DNA of 58,636 nt from Betaproteobacteria bacterium (GCA_016868015.1 VGIF01000002.1:1-58636), one strand, 5' to 3'; counted from the stretch's first letter, positions 36,401 to 49,754 are shown. The notes: generated by a model from the letters alone, not told the origin. Made by a program: numbers and translations.

Positions 36401-37939
36401 TCAATTCGCCGACACCGTGCGCTGCGCCGCCCATTGACGCAGCGCATCGATTTTTTCCGCCATCACCACCGACAGCGGCCGCGTGCGCACAATCTCGGTC
36501 AGCACATGCATGGTGTTGAGCGGTGTATTTTGTGCGTGCGCTTCGTAGAGGCCCGAGACGATGGCTTGTTCGATTTCCGCGCCGGAAAAACCGTCCGACG
36601 CATTCGCGAGTTTAGCAAGGTCGAACTTTGCCGCATTAAGGTTGCGCCGCATGAGATGCAGCTTAAAAATCTCCGCGCGCGTCTCGGCATCGGGCAGATC
36701 GACAAAAAAGATTTCGTCGAAGCGCCCTTTGCGGATCAATTCCGGCGGCAAATGCTCGATGTCATTCGCCGTGGCAACCATGAAAACTTTGCTTTTACGC
36801 TCGGCCATCCAGGTGAGCAGCGTGCCCAACACGCGCCGCGATTCGCCGCCATCACTCGCACCGCCCGCGGCCACGCCTTTTTCGATTTCATCCATCCACA
36901 ACACGCACGGCGCCATGGTGTCGGCAAACTTCAATGCCTCGCGCAGCTTGCGTTCGGTTTCGCCGAGCCATTTGTCGTAGAGGGAACCAAAATCCAGGCG
37001 CAGCAACGGCAGTTGCCAGGTGCCCGCCACCGCCTTGGCCGCGAGACTTTTGCCGCCGCCTTGCACGCCGAGCAGCAACACGCCCTTAGGCGGGTCGAGC
37101 CCCAACGCTTGCGCGTCGCCGATGAACGCCGCGCGGCGTTGTGTGAGCCATCGTTTTAGTTTGGCGAGCCCTGCAACGTCGCTCATGCGCGCGGCGCCCA
37201 ATTCGACTTGCACCACGCTGCCGTCCGAACCGAGACTGGCTTGCTTGGCCTTTAATACGCGCGGCACGTCTTCGGGCGTGATGCACCCGTCGTCGGTGAG
37301 ACATTGGCGCACCAAGCGGCGCGCGTCTTCCAAGCACAAGCCGACGAGATGCTGGCTAATCACGGCCACTGCGTCCGTGTCGTCGTTGGGCCCGGCGGAG
37401 CCGAAACGAATGGCGTTTTTCGATTCGCTCTCGATCAACTCGCGCATGGCGCGCAGGTCCGGCATTTTGAGTTCGAAACGCGCGGTCAAGCGCTGCAAAT
37501 CGGCGGGCAGCGTGACGCTGGGGCCCAGCAGCACCAGCGTGCGCGGGTTGCGGTCGTAGTCCTGCGCGATGCTTTTCAACAAGCGCTGATGCACCGGGTC
37601 TTCGAGATAGGGATGCACGTCGACCAACACGTAAATGCCCTTGAAGCTGGTGGCGTGGATGTGTTTTAGCGCGCCGCCGATGTTGAGCGTATCGGCGATC
37701 GGGCCCTTGCCGTACGGCTCTTTTTGCGTGCTGCTAACACTGTAATGGCCGGGCGCGGCGGCGAACGGATTGTCGCGGCGCTGCATGCCGTCCGCGGCGC
37801 ACCACACAAACAGGCCGTGTTGTTCCAGACGCGCCACGCGTTCCAGCAACGCCAGCGCACGCAATTCTTCGTGCGTTTCGATCGCCACGATCGGAAATCG
37901 CGAGCGAATGATCAGCGTGAGATCGCGTTCGTCGTTCAT
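36401..37939 (-). CDS. AAA+ ATPase, Ycf46-like single-AAA-domain protein
   Basis: Carries Walker A GVQGGGKS, Walker B VLWMDEIEK, and GRFDEIFFVDLP. A ~270-aa N-terminal domain resembles Ycf46-type proteins. Its ATG overlaps the mpl stop (ATGA). Confidence 0.75.
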   Translation of the reverse strand: MNDERDLTLIIRSRFPIVAIETHEELRALALLERVARLEQHGLFVWCAADGMQRRDNPFAAAPGHYSVSSTQKEPYGKGPIADTLNIGGALKHIHATSFKGIYVLVDVHPYLEDPVHQRLLKSIAQDYDRNPRTLVLLGPSVTLPADLQRLTARFELKMPDLRAMRELIESESKNAIRFGSAGPNDDTDAVAVISQHLVGLCLEDARRLVRQCLTDDGCITPEDVPRVLKAKQASLGSDGSVVQVELGAARMSDVAGLAKLKRWLTQRRAAFIGDAQALGLDPPKGVLLLGVQGGGKSLAAKAVAGTWQLPLLRLDFGSLYDKWLGETERKLREALKFADTMAPCVLWMDEIEKGVAAGGASDGGESRRVLGTLLTWMAERKSKVFMVATANDIEHLPPELIRKGRFDEIFFVDLPDAETRAEIFKLHLMRRNLNAAKFDLAKLANASDGFSGAEIEQAIVSGLYEAHAQNTPLNTMHVLTEIVRTRPLSVVMAEKIDALRQWAAQRTVSAN

Positions 37940-39291
37940 GCGCGTGCGTGAACGGCGAGCCGCGCCAGCAGTTTGCCGTGAATGCCGCCGAAGCCGCCGT
38001 TACTCATGATAAGGATATGATCGCCCGCGCGCGCTTCCATGGCGATGGCATCGACGAGTTGCGCGAGGTCGTCGCGCGTGCTGGCCTTGGCGCCGAGCGG
38101 CGCAAGAGCTTCGGCGGGGTTCCAACCCAGCCCGCCGCTGTAGCAAAACACGCGGTCGGCGTCGGCCAAGCTGCCCGGCAGCGCATTTTTCATCACGCCG
38201 AGTTTCATGGTGTTCGAGCGCGGCTCCAGCACGGCGATCAAGCGCGCCTGGCCGATCTTGGCGCGCAGGCCCGCGAGCGTGGTGGCGATCGCCGTCGGGT
38301 GGTGCGCAAAATCGTCGTAGACCGTGACGCCGTTCGCCGCGCCTTTCACTTCCATGCGGCGCTTGACGTTTTTGAAGGTGGCGAGCGCCTCGATCGCCAC
38401 CTTCGCCGGCACGCCGGCGTGGCGCGCGGCGGCGACGGCGGCGAGCGCGTTGGCAATGTTGTGCTCGCCCAGCAAATCCCAGCGCACGCGCCCTTGTGGT
38501 TGGCCGTCGAACAGCACCTCAAAGCCATTGGCGTAACGCTCGCCCGCTTGCCAGCAATGGGTCACACCATAACGCTCGACCGGTGTCCAGCAGCCGCGAT
38601 CTAACACGCGTTCGAGATTTTCATCGCCGCCGTTACTGACGATCAGCCCATTGGTCGGCAGCATGCGCACCAGGTGATGGAACTGCGTTTCGATTGCCGC
38701 CAGATCGGCAAAGATGTCGGCGTGATCGAATTCGAGGTTGTTAAGCACCGCCGTGCGCGGACGGTAATGCACAAACTTGGAACGCTTGTCGAAGAACGCG
38801 GTGTCGTATTCGTCGGCCTCGATCACAAAAAACGGCGTGTCGGTGAGCCGCGCGGAAACGCCGAAATTTTCCGGCACGCCGCCGACGAGAAAGCCGGGGT
38901 TGAGCCCGCCGTGTTCGAGCATCCAGGCGAGCATCGAGGTGGTCGTGGTTTTGCCGTGCGTGCCCGCCACCGCCATCACCCACTTGCCGCGCAGCACGTT
39001 CTCGGCGAGCCACTGCGGGCCGGAAATATAGGGCAAGCCGCGATTGAGTAGCTCCTCCATCAGCGCGTTGCCGCGCGTAATCACGTTGCCGATGACAAAC
39101 AAATCGGGCGCGAGTTTGGCTTGCGCCGCCGCGAAACCCTCGATGAGTTCGATGCCCTGCGCTTGCAACTGCGCGCTCATCGGCGGATACACATTGGCAT
39201 CGCAGCCGGTGACTTTGTGCCCAGCGGCGCGCGCAATCAGCGCAATGCCGCCCATGAAGGTGCCGCAGATGCCTAGGATGTGGATGTGCAT
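37936..39291 (-). CDS. mpl: UDP-N-acetylmuramate:L-alanyl-gamma-D-glutamyl-meso-diaminopimelate ligase
   Basis: Carries MHIHILGICGTFMGGIA... and GTHGKTTTTSM, with Mur-ligase architecture; 451 aa. Confidence 0.9.
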   Translation of the reverse strand: MHIHILGICGTFMGGIALIARAAGHKVTGCDANVYPPMSAQLQAQGIELIEGFAAAQAKLAPDLFVIGNVITRGNALMEELLNRGLPYISGPQWLAENVLRGKWVMAVAGTHGKTTTTSMLAWMLEHGGLNPGFLVGGVPENFGVSARLTDTPFFVIEADEYDTAFFDKRSKFVHYRPRTAVLNNLEFDHADIFADLAAIETQFHHLVRMLPTNGLIVSNGGDENLERVLDRGCWTPVERYGVTHCWQAGERYANGFEVLFDGQPQGRVRWDLLGEHNIANALAAVAAARHAGVPAKVAIEALATFKNVKRRMEVKGAANGVTVYDDFAHHPTAIATTLAGLRAKIGQARLIAVLEPRSNTMKLGVMKNALPGSLADADRVFCYSGGLGWNPAEALAPLGAKASTRDDLAQLVDAIAMEARAGDHILIMSNGGFGGIHGKLLARLAVHARA

Positions 39292-39353
39292 GGGGCGCTA
39301 GGGTAGCGCGGTTGGCGCGGCAGGTGAAGCGTGCCGGTGGAAAACCGCGAGAA

Positions 39354-39452
39354 GTTAACAGTAAGCGGTGAACAGTGAACAGAAACAACAGCCCCGCGCT
39401 TCGCTGATTACTGATTACTGTTTACCGTTCACCGTTCACTATTCACTGCCTT
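39354..39452. repeat. Inverted pair of heptamer arrays (GTGAACA-type x5 / CYGTTCA-type x6-7) around a 12-15 nt spacer
   Basis: The left array reads gttaaca gtaagcg gtgaaca gtgaaca gaaacaa. The right array reads ctgatta ctgatta ctgttta ccgttca ccgttca ctattca. It lies between the mpl start and the DMT gene stop. Confidence 0.8.
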
Positions 39453-39456
39453 CAAC

Positions 39457-39813
39457 TCACGCTTTAAAGATGAAGTAAACCGCCCCCAGCAAACAAAGCG
39501 CCGCATACAAATAATTCAGCTTCACCGCCTGCCCCATGTAAAACACCGCGAACGGCACAAACACGGCAAGCGTGATCACTTCCTGAACGATTTTGAGTTG
39601 CGCGAGATTCATCGCGGTGTAACCGATGCGATTCGCCGGCACCTGCAGCAGGTATTCGAACAGCGCGATGCCCCAGCTCACCAGCGCGGCAATCCACCAC
39701 GGCTTGCTGTTGAGATGCTTCAAGTGGCCATACCAAGCGAAAGTCATGAACACGTTTGAGGCGGTCAACATGATTACGCTGATACCAATCGGGTGTTGCG
39801 TGATAAAATTCAT
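39457..39813 (-). CDS. DMT-superfamily small membrane protein (DUF486-like)
   Basis: 118-aa ORF with four hydrophobic segments and FMTFAWYGHLK. Confidence 0.7.
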   Translation of the reverse strand: MNFITQHPIGISVIMLTASNVFMTFAWYGHLKHLNSKPWWIAALVSWGIALFEYLLQVPANRIGYTAMNLAQLKIVQEVITLAVFVPFAVFYMGQAVKLNYLYAALCLLGAVYFIFKA

Positions 39814-39840
39814 AAGTGTTTGTTTTTATTGAATATTTTT
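39811..39840 (+). repeat. AT-rich element copy K
   Basis: Reads CATAAGTGTTTGTTTTTATTGAATATTTTT. Its CAT is the start codon of the DMT gene (39813, minus strand). Confidence 0.65.
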
Positions 39841-39928
39841 GAGCGGCATGCTGCGCCCCCTGGCCTTGCCGCGGGGAGCGTTGAGCGCAAAGTGTACTGT
39901 AGCGCCGCGCCGCGATTAGCGGCGTGCG

Positions 39929-41188
39929 TCATTCAAACGCCAGTGTGCGGCGGATGTCGTCGTAGCGTTTGAACAAATCCTCGGTGCTGGCGCCGCCGAG
40001 ATTCAACACCGCGTAGCGGTGGCTGCCGAGCCATTTCATTTCGCGCGCGAGGCTCGCGCCTTTTTTCAGATACAGCATCAAGCGCGCATCGGGATAACGC
40101 TCGCGCACCGATTCGATTTGCGCGCGCCCCGGCACACGCTCCACCGCACGGCCGTCGAAGCGGCGGAACACAAAACTCGCCGCCGCGCCGAAGGCGCCCT
40201 TACCAAATTCGACTTGCGGGTGCTCACCCAGCGCCAAATCGAACAGCACCTGATACGGGTCGTAACCATCCACGCGCCGGTACAAATTCATGATCTGCGA
40301 GGCCATGCGCGGATTGATTTCGACGATTAGAATGCGCCCGGTGTCCGGGTCGTAAATCAGCTCGATGTTGAAAAAGCCATACGCATAATCGAGGCCTGCC
40401 AACAATTTTTCGGTAAGCGCTTTCATGCGCGCCAAGACTTCCGGCGGCAAGCGCGACGGATATTCGAAGCGCATGAAGGCTTGTGTGCCGGGGTACATCA
40501 CCTCGTCCACGATGCCAAGCAGCGTCATCTTGCCGTTGTGCACGAAGCCGTCGAGATTGACCTGCTGGCCGCGGATGATTTCCTCGGCGATCAAATGATG
40601 CGCATCGATGGAAAACGGCGTGTACTCGCCCATCAAATCGTTAAACGGCGTCACCAGCTTGTGCAGAATCAGCGTTTCCAGCGCGTTGAATTTCAGATGC
40701 TGCTGCAACTCGCGAAAACTATCGATGCACCGCGCCAGCACCGAGAACGTCGCTTTCACCGGTTTCACATAAAACGGAAACGGCATCCCCACGTCGGCGG
40801 CCGATTGCAACTGATACGGAAACACCGCGAAATTCGGCGTGGCTTCGGGCGCCAGTTTGCGCTGCATACTACGCGCGTAATACTTGTGCTGCGCGGCGAT
40901 GATCACGGCCGGGTCGGTGCCCGGCAAGCCCAGGCGTTTCGCCACCACCGCCGCGATCAGCGCGCCGAAGTGCTCGTTGTTGCTCACCACCGCATCGATG
41001 CGGCCGCGGTATTTGGCGACCAGTTTATCGATGTAGCGCCGCACGTTGAACGTTAGCAGCCGCGCGTTTTCGGGGAAGGTGAAAAGATCGAAACCTTCGT
41101 AGAAAAACTGATAGCGGTTGGTGTAGCGCGGGTGCGCCAGCTCGTCGCGGTCCCAATCCTTGGGGAACAAAATCAAAATACGTTTCAT
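39929..41188 (-). CDS. ATP-grasp domain protein
   Basis: The internal ATG (MKRILILFPKDW) is taken as the start. The ATP-grasp core ends with IVEINPRM. Confidence 0.7.
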   Translation of the reverse strand: MKRILILFPKDWDRDELAHPRYTNRYQFFYEGFDLFTFPENARLLTFNVRRYIDKLVAKYRGRIDAVVSNNEHFGALIAAVVAKRLGLPGTDPAVIIAAQHKYYARSMQRKLAPEATPNFAVFPYQLQSAADVGMPFPFYVKPVKATFSVLARCIDSFRELQQHLKFNALETLILHKLVTPFNDLMGEYTPFSIDAHHLIAEEIIRGQQVNLDGFVHNGKMTLLGIVDEVMYPGTQAFMRFEYPSRLPPEVLARMKALTEKLLAGLDYAYGFFNIELIYDPDTGRILIVEINPRMASQIMNLYRRVDGYDPYQVLFDLALGEHPQVEFGKGAFGAAASFVFRRFDGRAVERVPGRAQIESVRERYPDARLMLYLKKGASLAREMKWLGSHRYAVLNLGGASTEDLFKRYDDIRRTLAFE

Positions 41189-41347
41189 AAAAGCGTCCTG
41201 TCCAAGCAGTAGGCTTGCCGAGCGGTTACCCCATATACGTTTTAACCGCGCGCCCGGATGCAGGGTTAACATTTTAGCCGGTAGCGGTATTCCCCGTACG
41301 GCTAACGCCATGCATAATGCACTGAAAACCCGGCAGGAATAGCGCTC

Positions 41348-43276
41348 ATGCATCACTTGTTCGACGACGACGACGGCGTATCCAACCCGTCCACCACCCC
41401 CACGCTGCAAAACGTGATCGAGGCGCGCTTAAGCCGCCGCGCCGCGTTAAAAGGCATCGCGGCCGTTGGCGCTTATGGCTTATTCGGCTGCGTGGCGCCG
41501 GGCACTTCGACAAATGCCCGAGCGAGCGGACTTACGTTCACCGAATCGGGCCGCTTTCTCGATGAAACCCACCATGTCGCGCCAGGTTACCGCGTGCAAA
41601 CCGTCATCCGCTGGGGCGACCCGATCCACGCCGGCGGCCCGGCGTTTCGCCCCGGCCGGCAAACCGCCGACGAACAAGAACGCCAGTTCGGCATGGACAA
41701 CGATTTCATCGCCTTCATGCCGCTGCCGCGCGGCTCGACTAGCTCGACGCGCGGGCTTTTGTGCGTGAACCACGAGCGCAACACACCCTATTTGTCGTGG
41801 CCGGGCATGACGCCGCAAACCTTCAACAAGCTGATCACGCGCGAACAAAGTTCCGTGGAAATGGCTTCGCAAGGCCACTCCATTGTCGAAATCGCGCGCA
41901 GCGGCAATGAATGGCGCTTGGTACCGGAGAGCATTTATAACCGCCGCATCACCGCGAGAAGCGCCGAGATACGCGTGTCCGGACCGGCCGCGGGCCATCC
42001 ACGCATGCGCACCAGCGCCGACCCAGCAGGCACACGCGTGATCGGGACGATGAACAATTGCGCCGGCGGCACCACGCCCTGGGGCACCGTGCTCACCGCC
42101 GAGGAAAATCTGCAAAATTATTTCACCGGCGACGTGAGCAAAGGCGCGGAAGCGGCCAATTGGAAGCGCTACGGCATCAACGGCCGCGGGCGTTATGTGT
42201 GGGGACGCCACTTCGACCGCTTTAATCTCGACCGCGAACCTCACGAACCCAATCGCTTCGGCTGGGTGGTGGAGATCGATCCGTACGATCCGAAATCCAC
42301 ACCTGTAAAACGCACCGCGCTCGGTCGCTGCAAACACGAGTGCGCCACCAGCGCGGTGATCCACGATGGGCGCGTGGCGATTTACTCGGGTGATGACGAG
42401 CGCATGGAGTACGTCTACAAGTTTGTCACGCGCGATCGTTACGACGCGAAAAACCCCGCCGCCAATCGCGATTTGCTCGACCACGGCACGTTGTACGTCG
42501 CGCGCTTCGAAGCCGACGGCAAAATGCGCTGGCTGCCGATCGTGCACGGGCAAGGGCCGCTCACGCCGGCGAATGGTTTCGCCACGCCGGGCGATGTGAT
42601 GATCGACGTGCGCCGCGCGGCTGATTTACTCGGTGCCACGCGCATGGATCGCCCGGAAGATGTCGAGGCCCATCCCGAAACCGGCCACGTTTACGTCGTG
42701 CTCACCTTCAACGAACGGCGCAAACCCGATCAAGTGCACGCCGCCAACCCACGCGGGCCCAACAAGTACGGGCACATCATCGAAATCGTGCCGCCGATGG
42801 TCAACGGCAAGCCCGATCACGGCGCCACCGACTGTGCGTGGGAGTTTTTTCTGGTGGGCGGCGACCCGAAGAACCCCGAACACGCCGCGCGTTACCACGG
42901 CGAGGTGTCGCCCAACGGCTGGGTGGCCGCGCCGGATAACGTGGCGTTCGATCCCAAGGGCCGCCTGTGGATCTCCACCGACGGGCAAGACGATTGGGCG
43001 GGCTTTGCCGATAGCGTTTACGCCGCCGAGACCAGCGGCCCGCGTCGCGGCATCACGCGCAACTTTTTTTCAGCGCCACGCGGTGCGGAAATCTGCGGCC
43101 CGGCGTTCACACCCGATGGCAAAACCTTGTTTCTCGCCATACAACATCCCGCCGACGAAAAGGGCTCGACCTTCGATAATCCCTCGACGCGCTGGCCCGA
43201 TTTCAAACCCGATCTGCCGCCGCGGCCGGCGGTGGTGGCGATTACCAAGGATGATGGCGAGGAGATTGGGTCTTAG
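41348..43276 (+). CDS. phoX: PhoX-family (DUF839) alkaline phosphatase with Tat signal
   Basis: Carries the Tat signal SRRAALKG and PhoX-like blocks (NCAGGTTPWGTVLTAEEN, RPEDVE, DNVAFD, ISTDG). Confidence 0.85.
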   Translation: MHHLFDDDDGVSNPSTTPTLQNVIEARLSRRAALKGIAAVGAYGLFGCVAPGTSTNARASGLTFTESGRFLDETHHVAPGYRVQTVIRWGDPIHAGGPAFRPGRQTADEQERQFGMDNDFIAFMPLPRGSTSSTRGLLCVNHERNTPYLSWPGMTPQTFNKLITREQSSVEMASQGHSIVEIARSGNEWRLVPESIYNRRITARSAEIRVSGPAAGHPRMRTSADPAGTRVIGTMNNCAGGTTPWGTVLTAEENLQNYFTGDVSKGAEAANWKRYGINGRGRYVWGRHFDRFNLDREPHEPNRFGWVVEIDPYDPKSTPVKRTALGRCKHECATSAVIHDGRVAIYSGDDERMEYVYKFVTRDRYDAKNPAANRDLLDHGTLYVARFEADGKMRWLPIVHGQGPLTPANGFATPGDVMIDVRRAADLLGATRMDRPEDVEAHPETGHVYVVLTFNERRKPDQVHAANPRGPNKYGHIIEIVPPMVNGKPDHGATDCAWEFFLVGGDPKNPEHAARYHGEVSPNGWVAAPDNVAFDPKGRLWISTDGQDDWAGFADSVYAAETSGPRRGITRNFFSAPRGAEICGPAFTPDGKTLFLAIQHPADEKGSTFDNPSTRWPDFKPDLPPRPAVVAITKDDGEEIGS

Positions 43277-43308
43277 CTGCGCGCCCACCCTTCAGCGAAG
43301 TGATGGGC

Positions 43309-44124
43309 TCACTTCGTCACCACAATCTCCCCTTTCATCCCCGGATGCAGGCCGCAGATGTAACCGTAGGTGCCCGCGTGTTCGAATTGCAGCGCCGTAC
43401 TTTGGCCCTTTAAAATCACTGGCGTGCGCTGCACCGTCTCGGCCAACACAGTCACTTGATGCGGCGAATCGTCGATGTTGGTCCAGGTGACCGTTTGGCC
43501 CGCCTTGACCGTGATTTTTTCCGGGCCGAACAAAAATTCGGCGATCGCCACCGTACCGGGCCCTGCCGGCCGCTGGGCCGCGGCCAGCGCGGTGCCGCTT
43601 AAGCTGGCGAGCGAAATCACAAAATCCTGTTTGGCGTGCGGCAGGTGGCAATCGAAACAAGCCTTGATGCCGGCGTTGGCTTTTTCGTTGGGCGTGCCAT
43701 CGGGCCGGTAGGAGGCGTATTGCCAATCGCCGTTACGCCATGCCGCCGGCACCGCGTTGCCCCAGCCTGCGCGTTTTTCCATCACGGTGACGCCGATCGG
43801 CTTGCCTTTGATGAAATTGCCTTTGGCATCGCGCAACGGTTTGCCCTCGGCATCGGTTTGCGCGGCGTTGATCGCCATCACCAGCACCGCACCGTTGGGC
43901 ACGGGCTTGCCTTCGCGCACGGCTTTCACCACCTCGGGCTTGGCGTAGAGCTCGCGGTATTGTTTGGTGTCGTGGCGATTGACTTGCTGATACATCTGCC
44001 ACTGCTGGTAGTCCGCCGGCAGCGCCACATCCTTCGGCCCCACCGTGGCTTGCGCCAACAGCGCGCCCGCCGCCACCGTTCCAACCGCCGCAATACCGAA
44101 TTTGATTTTTGGGCGCAGCCGCAT
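43309..44124 (-). CDS. fusion protein: cytochrome P460-family domain + type-1-copper cupredoxin domain
   Basis: The N-terminal half carries ALPADYQQW...ELYA...ACFDCH (P460-like with CxxCH). The C-terminal ~90 aa carry KAGQTVTWTNIDDSPHQV...YICGLHPGMKGEIVV, giving His/Cys/His/Met copper ligands. Confidence 0.7.
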   Translation of the reverse strand: MRLRPKIKFGIAAVGTVAAGALLAQATVGPKDVALPADYQQWQMYQQVNRHDTKQYRELYAKPEVVKAVREGKPVPNGAVLVMAINAAQTDAEGKPLRDAKGNFIKGKPIGVTVMEKRAGWGNAVPAAWRNGDWQYASYRPDGTPNEKANAGIKACFDCHLPHAKQDFVISLASLSGTALAAAQRPAGPGTVAIAEFLFGPEKITVKAGQTVTWTNIDDSPHQVTVLAETVQRTPVILKGQSTALQFEHAGTYGYICGLHPGMKGEIVVTK

Positions 44125-44230
44125 GATGCCTCCTGATTGAGCAACGAGAAGTGAACGGCGCGAAACCCGCCGTTGTGATCCATACGCAACCCGTCAATCT
44201 TTGGATGCAAAATCAGATCAATGACCCGCC

Positions 44231-44262
44231 AAAACAATAGTCAATTAAATCAACTGCTTACG
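44231..44262 (-). repeat. AT-rich element copy G
   Basis: The reverse strand reads CGTAAGCAGTTGATTTAATTGACTATTGTTTT. It begins 2 nt after the PhyH stop codon. Confidence 0.7.
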
Positions 44263-44264
44263 AT

Positions 44265-45035
44265 TCATTCCGCCAGCGGCACATCGGGCAGCGACGCCGA
44301 CCGGCTGCCGGCGTCCGGCGGGTTTTGCGCCGCGCGGTAGGTGTGCACCAGCGAAAACTTGGTTTCGCTGGTGTGGTTTTGCGACGCGGCGTGGAACAGC
44401 CGGCAGTGAAAAAACAGCACGTCGCCGGCGTTCAGTTCGGCAAGCACTTGCGTGTTGATGAGCGCGCGATTCGCCTCGACATCATCGCGCAAGAACTGTG
44501 CGGCATCGAGCCGGTCCGCCGCGAAATCCATGCGGTGCGTGCCCGGCAACAGCGATAAACAGCCGTTGCCGCGATGCTCCTGCCCCAGCGCCAGCCACAC
44601 CGAAATCAACTCGGGTTTTGCAAACGCCCAATAGCGGATATCGCGATGCCAGCCGGTGACGCTGCTAAACGCGGGGTGTTTGGTCATGATGCAATTGTGA
44701 TGCGCCTGCGAAAACAGCACGTCGTCGCGCAGCAGTTGCCTTAGCCGCGCCGCGATAAACGGCGACGTCGCCCACTCGCGAAACACCGCATCGCGCGCAT
44801 ACGCCTGCAACAAGCGCCGCACCGTGCGCCCGCCGGGCGCTTCGCGCGACGCGGGCGCGCCGGGGTAGTGCGTGTCGGCTTCATATTCCACTGGCAAGCG
44901 CGGCTGCGCGAGATGGGCTTGCGTCACCACACGCATGCGCTGCAACAGCGCGGGCGCCGCCGCACCGCGCACGATGGCGTAACCGTCGCGCTCGAATCGC
45001 GCCACGTCCTCGACCGCGAATAAAGTTTGATTCAT
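44265..45035 (-). CDS. phytanoyl-CoA dioxygenase (PhyH) family Fe(II)/2OG oxygenase
   Basis: Carries FERDGYAIVRG, WHRDIRYW and LFHAASQN. Its ATG overlaps the upstream stop (ATGA). Confidence 0.8.
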   Translation of the reverse strand: MNQTLFAVEDVARFERDGYAIVRGAAAPALLQRMRVVTQAHLAQPRLPVEYEADTHYPGAPASREAPGGRTVRRLLQAYARDAVFREWATSPFIAARLRQLLRDDVLFSQAHHNCIMTKHPAFSSVTGWHRDIRYWAFAKPELISVWLALGQEHRGNGCLSLLPGTHRMDFAADRLDAAQFLRDDVEANRALINTQVLAELNAGDVLFFHCRLFHAASQNHTSETKFSLVHTYRAAQNPPDAGSRSASLPDVPLAE

Positions 45036-45908
45036 GCACGCCGCCGCCCGAAAAACCACACATAAAATAACACGCCACCCGCCGCCACGCTGGCGAGCGA
45101 GTACACCGGATCGAGCCGGTCGGCCATGAACAAGGCCGGCGTATTGAGCACCGAATCCGGATAGCTGGCGATCAGCGCGATGAATACATTAATCGCCGCG
45201 TGCGCCCCGATGGCCAGTTCCAGCCGGCCGTCGCGCAGCGTCACCAGCGCGAAAAAAACCGCCACCAGCACATAATTGAGCACCACCAGCAGACCATGTG
45301 CCGCCTCCGGGTTCCACAAATGCGGCAGCATGAAAATAACGCTGGTCAGGCCCACGATCAGCCAGCGGCTTTGCGTAAAACTGCGCAGCGACTGCATTAA
45401 ATAGCCGCGAAACACCAGCTCCTCGGTGGCGGCTTGCAGTGGCGTCAACAACAATACCACCGGCGCGAACCACAACCAGCGATGCGCCTCGGGGTTGAAT
45501 TGATAGCGATCCGGATACAACACGCATTCGACGCCAAACGCCAAACCCATGATCGCAAAAGCCGCGGCAAAACCCTGCCACGCGCGATGACTATCGAAGC
45601 GCCCGCGCGGCGTCACCAAGGTGAGCAAGGACCGGCGCTGCACCACGATCACCGCGGCGGCAAGCCCCGCGAGCATCACCAGGATGCCGAGATTGGCCAC
45701 CACGAACTCGCGCAAGGAACCGCTCGGCGCATCCGCTTCCAGCAGAAAATAAAGCGGCACGCCCAAGCCGACCCATGCGCCCAGGATCAGCACGCAACCC
45801 AACAGCGTGCGCGCGACGTTATTGCGGCCGCGCTCAATCAGCGTGAGATAGCCCTCCGCGTTGTGCCGCCAAATGCCGGTGTCGCGCTGACCGCCCGCTG
45901 TAACCGGC

Positions 45909-45919
<11 letters not shown>
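45032..45919 (-). CDS. CPBP-family intramembrane glutamic endopeptidase (CAAX protease-like)
   Basis: Multi-TM protein with EELVFRGYL and HLWN...H motifs. The ATG at 45919 overlaps the metH 3' end by 11 nt. Confidence 0.75.
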
Positions 45920-49640
<3,721 letters not shown>

Positions 49641-49667
49641 CACGTTCTCCTTTCATTCGAAAAAAGT

Positions 49668-49752
49668 TCGTGAGCGCCGTTGCGGGGTAGGTCGCCGAGC
49701 CTGGCGGATGGGGCTGTAAAGCCAACATCCGTCGCAACGCTCCTCGGCGGCG
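49668..49752 (-). promoter_or_regulatory. SAH (S-adenosylhomocysteine) riboswitch-like leader of metH
   Basis: The minus strand reads CGCCGCCGAGGAGCGUUGCGACGGAUG...CAUCCGCCAGGCUCGGCGAC...CGCAACGGCGCUCACGA. Proposed pairings are P1 GCCGAG/CUCGGC, P2 CGGAUG/CAUCCG, and a 3' tail CGCAAC-GG-CGCUC complementary to GAGCG-UUGCG (pseudoknot). This matches my recollection of the SAH riboswitch consensus (CGAGGAGCGYUGCRAC...CAGGCUCGG...AACGGCGCUCA). Confidence 0.75.
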
Positions 49753-49754
49753 CG

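Noticed and set aside
39354-39452. Possible CRISPR array, considered for this locus and for the other heptamer arrays.
   Set aside because: The units are 7 nt and directly abutting, with no spacers. No cas genes are present in the window.
41189-41347. Pho box upstream of phoX.
   Set aside because: I found only a CATAAT -10 candidate and loose GTTAAC direct repeats. Nothing resembles the CTGTCAT-N4-CTGTCAT consensus closely enough to report.
43296-43316. An 8-bp hairpin (CGAAGTGA/TCACTTCG) between the convergent phoX and P460-cupredoxin genes, considered as a bidirectional terminator.
   Set aside because: The stem is short, there is no flanking U/A tract, and one arm lies inside the coding sequence. 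This is too weak to call.
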